32,000 nt of DNA from Trichodesmium erythraeum IMS101 (GCF_000014265.1 NC_008312.1:2160001-2192000); one strand, 5' to 3'; shown: positions 1 through 7,331, counted from the first letter of the stretch. Notes: generated by a model from the sequence alone, not told the origin. Numbers and translations: made by a program.

Positions 1-41
1 TTTAATAATTCTTTTTCTCTTAATTGTTGAATTACTTTTCT

Positions 42-473
42 CTAATCTGGGCATTCTGTTGGTCTTTCTGGGTGCTGGTCAGGACGTGAATATTTGTATG
101 GTTGTTGTTTAAAATCATAGAGTTTGTGGAGTAACCAACGTTCTTGATGATAGTCAGATTTTGGTCTAGGAGTTTGAATAGTATTTAGCCAATCTTGGGG
201 AAATTCTTGAATGATAAATTCCCATTGGCGTTTCAAGTTATAAGTGCGAATATCATGGAATATTTCTTCAGTAAAAATTTGTTTATCACCTATTGATTCG
301 TAATGAGTAACAAGTTTACCATAGTCAAATTTAAAGACTCGATTTGCAACAATTACATCACCTAAAAAAGTCTTTTTTTTATTACCTGCACAAACTCCGG
401 TCATTGCTAAACAACGAGGTTTTAATTCTGAAATAAGTCGAGTGACTAGATTATTAGTGTAGTTTTCTCCCAT
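42..473 (-). CDS. Truncated PNP_UDP-like (nucleosidase-fold) protein, 143 aa; possibly a gene remnant
   Basis: The ORF lies 26 nt downstream of the Roc-COR gene on the same strand. LISELKPRCLAMTGVCAGNKKKTFLGDVIVANRVFKFDYGKL aligns by eye with AIAYFKPDVILFVGVAGGIKDVQLGDVVAATKVYGYESGKV of the 6252..7331 product (central strands of the PNP/MTA-nucleosidase fold). The N-terminal strands and the EME and ISD catalytic segments are missing. The stop lies 41 nt from the window edge. Confidence 0.5.
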   Translation of the reverse strand: MGENYTNNLVTRLISELKPRCLAMTGVCAGNKKKTFLGDVIVANRVFKFDYGKLVTHYESIGDKQIFTEEIFHDIRTYNLKRQWEFIIQEFPQDWLNTIQTPRPKSDYHQERWLLHKLYDFKQQPYKYSRPDQHPERPTECPD

Positions 474-499
474 TTCTACAGGACGAGCTGCTGCTATAT

Positions 500-2746
500 T
501 TAATCGCGTACCATATATCTAAGTTTTGATAATAAATCTATATTTATTACATTATCAATTAAACTCTTTATATTAACTTCATTATAAGGATGATTCTCAC
601 AGGTAGTTTTTAGTCTACCATTACGAATCCATTCTTTTAATTTTTCAAGTTTATAAAAATGTGGATTCTGGCTATTTTTACAAGCAGCACAAGTACAAGG
701 AAATAAGTGATTATATTTGAGTCGATTATTATAGGAACTGTGAATTTTATCTAATAGGTAAGTTACGAGAGTCATTAAAGCCCGTTTTTGTCGTCCAGAA
801 ACCCTAATTTTTATTTCTCTTCTGTCGTAATATTCAATTACCTCTGCTCTGGTTTCATTTTGCTTGATAATAACTCCCCTTTTCCAAACATATTTCTGTT
901 GTTCAATATCTCGGTGCATATCTACAATAAACTGAGTGATAATTCCTCTGGGCATAAATTTGTAGGTGTAACGTAAAATCAAATTGTTATTTTCATCCCA
1001 GTCATATTCTGGTTGATTTTCTGTTAAAAGTTGAGGGGCAATATAGGTCTGAGAATTACCAAGAATTTTATAACATAGTTTAAATCTAATCATTAACTGG
1101 AGTAGTTCATCGCGCATATCCACATATTTTTCTTCATTCCAGATATTGGTTAAATCATCTTTGGTGAATTTGCCGAAGTTATTATAAACTGTCGGATTAT
1201 CTAAGATTTTATAAACTGCCGCTATTCCCCATTCTGGTTTGAGAATAACTGTTTTATTTAACAGTGGGTTATCCTGAAAATGAAGACAAATTCCTAAGTC
1301 ATGTAAATAGCGACTTAACTGTAATTTATACTCCAATTTTGTCAAGCCATTTTGTTTACAAATAGATAAATATTCTTCTAGACTAATATAGTTACGGGAG
1401 TCTAATTCTAAGATTTCCCGGACTTGTTTCCAAGTTTTAGGTAAACTACTGCCAATATGGGGTAATTCACTAATATGATGTTCGATTTCTCTGATAATTT
1501 CTTCTAAACCGCGATTAGTTTCAAGGTTGGTAGCTAAGATTTCTTTAATGTTAGTAAATTGCCCTTGCAATCCCCGTTGATTAATTTCTCGTTGCCGTTC
1601 ATGTTTCTCATTTTTCACAATTAATAAGGGGCTATTATCGCTTAATAATTCTACTACATTGAGCCAATAATAAAAGTCTGTATCTTCTTTGCGAGTATCA
1701 ACGACAAGGATATATAGAGAGCGTTTTGTTAAGAAAAATTGGTGGGTAGTGTGATAAATTTCTTGTCCGCCAAAATCCCAAATATTTATTTGAAAGTCAT
1801 TTTGGTTTTTTGTCTTAAAGTTGTACTGATAAACTTCAATTCCTTTGGTTGTATCTTCATCTTTGAGTTGATAGTTTGGGTTGATAATTTTATTAGCTAA
1901 AGCTGTTTTACCAGCTCCAGCTTCTCCAACAATTAGTAATTTAGCTTCACAGATATAATCTATTCCTTTTTCTGGAGGAAACTCTGCCAAAAACTTTTTA
2001 ATAACAGGATGAATTAAGAAAAACTTCTCATTACCTAATTTGACCTCCTCCCCATCTCCAAACTCTTCTTTTAACTCCTCAATTTCCTCCCCTAACCCCT
2101 CCTTTTCATCAACCAATAACTTTGCCAAAACATGAGAATTAAGCACCAAATTTTGATACTCTTTCCATAAATTAGTCTGCTCCAAAGGTTGAGCCAAAAT
2201 CTCCACTAAATAAGGAATTTTTTCTTGACCAGCTAACCCCAAAACCGGATTATCTTCCGGCAAACTTTCAGATAAAAAGCTCTCCATTTCCCGAATTGTC
2301 CTATCGGGATCTAAATAAGCTTGAGCAATCCATTCTTGAACCATTCTTAACTCTCCAGATGGTTTTCTCTCCCCTTGTTTATCCAAATAAAACCACAAAA
2401 ATTCAGCCAATTCAAAAGGTCGTCGCCAACCAAATTTATCCTCCAATTCCTCCAACAAAACTTCCCTCACACAAGGCTCAACCTCATAAACTCCCTCTTG
2501 TAAAGGACGACATAAAGAAGACAACAAAAAATTACTTTCTCCTATCCAAGGAATATTTTCCTCATCCAAAAAATTAATCCGAATTAAATTAACTAATTCA
2601 GGAGTTAAAATCAAAAACAACCCACAATGACAAGCAAGCTTAAAATTTTCTTCTCCAAAACGACGCTCAAATCTTACCACCTCTTCCACGGCATTCTCCG
2701 GAGATAGCCATAGCTTTCTAACAACCGCCTCAATAGTTTTAACCAT
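500..2746 (-). CDS. Roc-COR (Roco-type) GTPase with an uncharacterised ~260-aa N-terminal helical region
   Basis: 748-aa ORF whose start overlaps the vWA stop by 8 nt. It has a Ras-like G domain: G1 LLIVGEAGAGKTAL and G3 IWDFGGQE. The G4 position reads VKNEKHE rather than NKxD. A COR-like region follows (LPKTWKQVREIL ... YLHDLGICLHFQDNPLLNKTVILKPEWGIAAVYKILD). An acidic linker (EEIEELKEEFGDGEE) precedes the G domain, and there is a C-terminal Cys/His cluster CTCAAC...CENH. Confidence 0.85.
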   Translation of the reverse strand: MVKTIEAVVRKLWLSPENAVEEVVRFERRFGEENFKLACHCGLFLILTPELVNLIRINFLDEENIPWIGESNFLLSSLCRPLQEGVYEVEPCVREVLLEELEDKFGWRRPFELAEFLWFYLDKQGERKPSGELRMVQEWIAQAYLDPDRTIREMESFLSESLPEDNPVLGLAGQEKIPYLVEILAQPLEQTNLWKEYQNLVLNSHVLAKLLVDEKEGLGEEIEELKEEFGDGEEVKLGNEKFFLIHPVIKKFLAEFPPEKGIDYICEAKLLIVGEAGAGKTALANKIINPNYQLKDEDTTKGIEVYQYNFKTKNQNDFQINIWDFGGQEIYHTTHQFFLTKRSLYILVVDTRKEDTDFYYWLNVVELLSDNSPLLIVKNEKHERQREINQRGLQGQFTNIKEILATNLETNRGLEEIIREIEHHISELPHIGSSLPKTWKQVREILELDSRNYISLEEYLSICKQNGLTKLEYKLQLSRYLHDLGICLHFQDNPLLNKTVILKPEWGIAAVYKILDNPTVYNNFGKFTKDDLTNIWNEEKYVDMRDELLQLMIRFKLCYKILGNSQTYIAPQLLTENQPEYDWDENNNLILRYTYKFMPRGIITQFIVDMHRDIEQQKYVWKRGVIIKQNETRAEVIEYYDRREIKIRVSGRQKRALMTLVTYLLDKIHSSYNNRLKYNHLFPCTCAACKNSQNPHFYKLEKLKEWIRNGRLKTTCENHPYNEVNIKSLIDNVINIDLLSKLRYMVRD

Positions 2747-3899
2747 GCAAATTAACTCCCATTGGAAAAGGATATCCTAACAATATTTTAACCAAATCAT
2801 TTAATCCTTGTGGATTTAAAGAATACATAGGAATAAACGTAGCAATATCTTCAGCAGTGGTCATCCTCCACTGAAATTCTGGAACAGGGTTTAACCATCC
2901 ATATAAATAAGTTTTATCAGATAATTGCCGTATAAATTCCTTAGTTTGATGGAATCTTTCACTATCATAAGTGCGCCGTGCCGCCCCCCCATCACTAACA
3001 ATAACCACACTATTATTACCAACTTCCTGAGATAAAATTTCCTCAATAGGCAAAGGCTTAGTTAAATTAGGTTTAGTAAATAGATAACCCCTCGGCACAT
3101 TGTGAAAATAAAAAATATTCTTTTGATTTAACAACCCTACTTTTTCAATACTTTCCTGTAAAGTATCAATCAACAATTTAAAAGGAGACATGGAACCTTC
3201 ACAGTCAATTAACAAAACCAACTTAACTTGATTTTTTCTAGAAGGTTGTAAAACCACACCAGAGAAAAAACCCATTTTATAAAATAGATTAATTGTTCCT
3301 TGAACATCTAAATTTTCCGGCGCACCCTCTCGTTTTAACAACCTTAAATTACGCCAAATACTAGTCATTTCTCGGCGAGTTATTGGTAAACGGGGAATCA
3401 AATTATAACTTTGTCTAAATCTCAGTTTTATTGGGGTTATTTCTGACAGAGATTTTCTCGAAAAATCGCGAATTGGGATTGAATTAGTTGGTTGATTAGG
3501 TTGAGGTTTATTTTCCTTTTGAACTTTAGATGAAACTTGAGAAATAGGATTACTATTAATATCTAAATTTTCAGTCTTTTGAGGAGGAGAAGTAGAATCC
3601 TCATCAATTTTAGGCAATGGAGATTTATCAGCTTCTAGTAATTGCTTTTCTAACTCAGGTCTAACTAACTCCTCAAACAATTGATTAAAAATATATTGGT
3701 CTTCTAAAGACTTAACCCATAACAAACATAAAAGTCGTTTTAAACGTTCAATATCCTGCCACGCCCCTCGAGATTGAATCATTTTAATCGCCAGTAAATA
3801 TTCAGAAATTCCCACGGGAATATCCTTTTGCCTCAACCTATTAAATAAAGGCAATAAAATAGTTTCAAATTCAACGATTAATAATTCAAAGTCAACCAT
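2739..3899 (-). CDS. vWA-domain protein, CoxE-like N-terminal region
   Basis: 386-aa ORF. The C-terminal half shows vWA hallmarks: KLVLLIDCEGSMSPF (MIDAS-like, but D-x-E-x-S instead of D-x-S-x-S) and NSVVIVSDGGA. The N-terminal helical part (FNRLRQKDIPVGISEYLLAIKMI...) resembles CoxE-type vWA proteins. A P/S/N/Q-rich linker lies between the two. The gene is paired with a MoxR gene upstream, which is the classic arrangement. Confidence 0.8.
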   Translation of the reverse strand: MVDFELLIVEFETILLPLFNRLRQKDIPVGISEYLLAIKMIQSRGAWQDIERLKRLLCLLWVKSLEDQYIFNQLFEELVRPELEKQLLEADKSPLPKIDEDSTSPPQKTENLDINSNPISQVSSKVQKENKPQPNQPTNSIPIRDFSRKSLSEITPIKLRFRQSYNLIPRLPITRREMTSIWRNLRLLKREGAPENLDVQGTINLFYKMGFFSGVVLQPSRKNQVKLVLLIDCEGSMSPFKLLIDTLQESIEKVGLLNQKNIFYFHNVPRGYLFTKPNLTKPLPIEEILSQEVGNNSVVIVSDGGAARRTYDSERFHQTKEFIRQLSDKTYLYGWLNPVPEFQWRMTTAEDIATFIPMYSLNPQGLNDLVKILLGYPFPMGVNLHG

Positions 3900-4062
3900 T
3901 TATTAATTTTCAGCTTATCTACTGGTTTGGTATTGGATTTTGTTGCTTTATTAGTGTTTAGTTTCGCGAATCAACCAAATCTAAGCTCTTTTACCTCAAC
4001 CTATTAAATAAAGGCAATAAAAGAGCTTCAAATTCAACAATTAATAATTCAAAATCAATCAT
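3831..4062. repeat. Direct duplication of the vWA gene 5' end (69-bp copies at 3831-3899 and 3994-4062, offset 163 bp)
   Basis: The two copies differ at 5 of 69 positions. Copy 2 encodes a relic start, MIDFELLIVEFEALLLPLFNRLR-stop. Its ATG (4062-4060) overlaps the MoxR stop (4057-4055) in an ATGATTGA arrangement. Confidence 0.9.
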
Positions 4063-5092
4063 TTTTTAACTTTTCTATAGTATTTTGGTCACTTTGATTT
4101 TTTACTAAAGTATGGAGAAAAGGAAGTTGATATAATTTAGTCTCCCTTAAAACTTCAGCTTTGATTTCCTGATACTCCTGAGTTGTATTATTTGGCAATC
4201 CTCTTTCTAAAAGTCGCAACCAATTAATAAACTCTCCCGTACTAGGTTTTTTCCGCCAAGAAATATCGTCACGAAGTTCTACAAATTTAGTTAAAGCAAC
4301 TTCAAAAAGAGGAGAAACATCCTGTTGAAAATGATTAATAATAATCTTCCTCAAATCCTCCTTATTCGGAAAGCCAATATAATAAAACAGACAGCGACGT
4401 AAAAAAGCCTTAGGTAATTCTTTCTCTTGATTACTCGTAATAATAATCAAAGGCAAAAAATCCTTTCTGTCTTCCCGCTCCTCTCCTCGAAGAGCATCAT
4501 ATTTCAAGTTTTTTACCTCCTTTACTTCAAACTGTAACCTATCTAAAACCAACAGTAAATCATTAGGAAAATCAATATCAGCCTTATCAACTTCATCAAC
4601 CAAAACCACCGAAGGAATATTATTTTTATCAGAAAGCTCAATAGCCTCTCCTAACTTGCCCAACTCTATATATGTTTCCCGGTCAATAACATTAGTTACT
4701 TGAGGTGAATTATTAATATCTTTCTCCTCTAATTTACCCTGAATCAATCTATATTCTTGAAGGTCATATAAACGGCGAATATTATCATAAGTATAGAGTA
4801 ATTCTTCAGCCCGAATCGTAGAACGAATATAACATTCTTTCAAAGGATAACCCAACTCATAAGCAATAGAATAAGCAAGACGAGTTTTACCACAACCAGG
4901 TTCACCTTCCAACAATAAAGGGCGGCGTAAATAGAGAGCATCATTGACTGCCTCAGCCAAATTTTTAGAAGCAATATAAGGTTCTTTTTTTATGGGTATA
5001 TCTAGAAATTCTTTCCCCTTTTCGTCTTTTAATCGTTCATACTTTTGGTCATTACCTTGACCTTCATATTGTCTATTTGCTAAGTCGTTCAT
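4055..5092 (-). CDS. MoxR-type (AAA_5-like) AAA+ ATPase
   Basis: 345-aa ORF with Walker A LLLEGEPGCGKTRLA, Walker B PSVVLVDEVDKADIDFPNDLL, a sensor-1-like IIITSNQ, and arginines in LPKAFLRRC. It sits directly upstream of a vWA gene. Confidence 0.9.
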   Translation of the reverse strand: MNDLANRQYEGQGNDQKYERLKDEKGKEFLDIPIKKEPYIASKNLAEAVNDALYLRRPLLLEGEPGCGKTRLAYSIAYELGYPLKECYIRSTIRAEELLYTYDNIRRLYDLQEYRLIQGKLEEKDINNSPQVTNVIDRETYIELGKLGEAIELSDKNNIPSVVLVDEVDKADIDFPNDLLLVLDRLQFEVKEVKNLKYDALRGEEREDRKDFLPLIIITSNQEKELPKAFLRRCLFYYIGFPNKEDLRKIIINHFQQDVSPLFEVALTKFVELRDDISWRKKPSTGEFINWLRLLERGLPNNTTQEYQEIKAEVLRETKLYQLPFLHTLVKNQSDQNTIEKLKND

Positions 5093-5107
5093 TTTTTCAA
5101 TATTTTT

Positions 5108-6181
5108 TCAATTAATTGCTCGTAGTTCGTCAATAATTCCTTCAAGAGTATTATAAGTAGAAAGCAAATGACCATCAGCATTTCTTAACTTTCTAAGGCA
5201 TGTATTTATCATATCATCTTGTATCTGTAATTTTTGAAGATAACCCCTAAACCAGTCACATAATTCATTAATTTGAAATGATTTAGGTATGCTCAGGTTA
5301 ATACAACCCTGAATAGATTGTTTTATCTTAACATTAGCAAAAATAATAATTAAACAGCGACTTTTATTTTCTAAATAGCAATTACATTTCGTTTTTATTT
5401 CTGATAAAAAAATATCTGTCATCGAATTTAAATTTTTTTTATTGATATTGTAATTCCAAATTATTAATACAACATCTAAAGGATCAGTCTCAGCTAATAA
5501 ATCAGTTATTTGATTTATGTTGTTATTTTTTAAGTCATCATCAATTGATTTTAAATTCCGACTCAATCTAATCTCACGAGACCAATAATCACGTTGAGTT
5601 TTCTCCTGTAATTCGTGGAGAATTCTCTCAATAATATAATTCTTTAAAATTGTGTACTCTTCCCCAAGACTAAAAGCAAAAACTCCTTGATAATCTAATG
5701 CTTTTCTAAATTTGTAGACTAACTCATCTAAATCATATTTAACAATTATATTGTTATCTTTATTATTATCTTTATTATTATCTTTTATTTTGATAGGTGT
5801 TTTAGATGTCGGTATTTCATGGTTTTGTTGCCTTTTTTTAGACATACGTGAACGATGATCAGGAATTTGGTTTATTCGCGATCGCTTGGGCTTAAGTTTT
5901 TCAATATATCCTTTGATAGTCAATCTTTCATCTGGATCTAATTTATTTTGCAAATATATCAAAAAAGATTCTAAATCTTCTGGTTTCTTTAAAATTAAGC
6001 TATAAAAATTAGTGACTAACTCTTTCACAGGTAACTTGTAATCTATTGTCGTTATATCAATTTGTACCTCACTAATATTTATCATTGCTTTTAAACCTTC
6101 GCTAGGTTTTTCTAGCCCATTAAAATAGTCAGTTAAAATTTCCTCTAACTTAATTTTTTCATCAATACTCAACTTGAACAT
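5108..6181 (-). CDS. Adaptor protein: N-terminal effector-associated-type domain, KDNN repeat linker, C-terminal degenerate NTPase-like domain (function unknown)
   Basis: 357-aa ORF that ends 15 nt upstream of the MoxR start. Residues ~9-80 are about 50% identical to the C-terminus of the 6252..7331 product. The linker contains KDNNKDNNKDNN, encoded by 3 x 12 bp at 5752-5787. The C-terminal part shows strand-helix patterns reminiscent of a P-loop NTPase without a P-loop (GVFAFSLGEEYTILKNYII; DVVLIIWNYN; CLIIIFANV). Confidence 0.7.
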   Translation of the reverse strand: MFKLSIDEKIKLEEILTDYFNGLEKPSEGLKAMINISEVQIDITTIDYKLPVKELVTNFYSLILKKPEDLESFLIYLQNKLDPDERLTIKGYIEKLKPKRSRINQIPDHRSRMSKKRQQNHEIPTSKTPIKIKDNNKDNNKDNNIIVKYDLDELVYKFRKALDYQGVFAFSLGEEYTILKNYIIERILHELQEKTQRDYWSREIRLSRNLKSIDDDLKNNNINQITDLLAETDPLDVVLIIWNYNINKKNLNSMTDIFLSEIKTKCNCYLENKSRCLIIIFANVKIKQSIQGCINLSIPKSFQINELCDWFRGYLQKLQIQDDMINTCLRKLRNADGHLLSTYNTLEGIIDELRAIN

Positions 6182-6251
6182 AAATCAGCTTATACCGGTT
6201 TTACTTTAACTATAATTTACTATTGATATAGAGTGGTAAATATCCCCATCA

Positions 6252-7331
6252 TTACCGAATCATTGCAATGATTTTATTAACAAATAATTGTTCATCAGAA
6301 TCTTTAAGTAAATGACTCCGAAAAACTCTCAGAAAAGATAGAGAATTCTCCCTACTTTTAAAAATTTCAGGATAAAAATTAGGAATTAACTCTCTCACAG
6401 GTAAATTGTAATCTATTGCCGCTGTATCAACCTGTATCTGACTAATATTTACTAATGACTTTAAATGTTGACCAGGTTTCTGCCGAGCATTAAAATAGTC
6501 AATTAAAACCTCTTGTAATTTCATACTTTCCTCAAAATTATCAGCCAAAAAATTAGAAGACTTTGGATGACTTTCCCCATTATATTCTTGATTTCTACTT
6601 AACCAAAACTTCCCTAAAACCTCAAAAGCAAAAGCACTAGCATGACGAGCAGCTATTTCTTGAAAACCCCCTTCATCCGCCCTACTTTTCCCATCAATTA
6701 AATCAGAAATACCCCGAATAATTAAAGCCGAAACCTGTTGATTAGCATGAGCAACTTTTAAAATACCATGACCTTCCATTTCCACTGCTAAAGCATCACC
6801 ATAATTGTGCTGAAGAAACTCAAATAAATCTGATTTCTTATTAGTAACCACCTTTTCTCCCGCAGCAATAGGCTCAACAAATACATTAGGTTGAGCTGAA
6901 TCAGAAAATCTAGCTAACCAATCTCTTTTTCTTGCCTCAGCTTTTGCCCGTTGAATCAAATTATAAGTTGAACGGCCAACATCCGGCCTTGGCCTAAAAG
7001 TCTCAGCCACCTTTCCCGACTCATAACCATAAACCTTAGTAGCAGCAACCACATCTCCCAATTGGACATCCTTAATTCCTCCAGCTACCCCAACAAATAG
7101 AATCACATCAGGCTTAAAATAAGCGATCGCTCTCTCAGCCTCCATCGCTGCAGGAGAATTTCCAGCACCAGTCTGGACAATACCCACTTCCCACTCTTGG
7201 CCACCAACAGAAAATTGGCCCCTCTCATAAATTGTCCCATTAGGGTGTATCTCCTCCCTCAAATCACTAAGATGAGCAGATACCGCCATATATTCGATAC
7301 GAATTGCTGTTAAAATAACCGCACAAACCAT
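6252..7331 (-). CDS. PNP_UDP_1-family nucleosidase/phosphorylase fused to a C-terminal effector-associated-type domain
   Basis: 359-aa ORF and first gene of the cassette. Residues 1-~240 form a complete MTA/SAH-nucleosidase-like fold (VQTGAGNSPAA, ILFVGVAGGI, LAVEMEGHG, IIRGISDLIDG). The EME and ISD motifs match the catalytic Glu and Asp motifs of E. coli MTAN. Residues ~270-359 form a helical domain homologous to the N-terminus of the next gene. Confidence 0.85.
   Translation of the reverse strand: MVCAVILTAIRIEYMAVSAHLSDLREEIHPNGTIYERGQFSVGGQEWEVGIVQTGAGNSPAAMEAERAIAYFKPDVILFVGVAGGIKDVQLGDVVAATKVYGYESGKVAETFRPRPDVGRSTYNLIQRAKAEARKRDWLARFSDSAQPNVFVEPIAAGEKVVTNKKSDLFEFLQHNYGDALAVEMEGHGILKVAHANQQVSALIIRGISDLIDGKSRADEGGFQEIAARHASAFAFEVLGKFWLSRNQEYNGESHPKSSNFLADNFEESMKLQEVLIDYFNARQKPGQHLKSLVNISQIQVDTAAIDYNLPVRELIPNFYPEIFKSRENSLSFLRVFRSHLLKDSDEQLFVNKIIAMIR

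Noticed and set aside
788-2577. Plus-strand ORFs 788..976 and 2296..2577 inside the Roc-COR gene
   Set aside because: They are antisense shadow ORFs with low-complexity translations and lie fully inside a well-supported 748-aa CDS.
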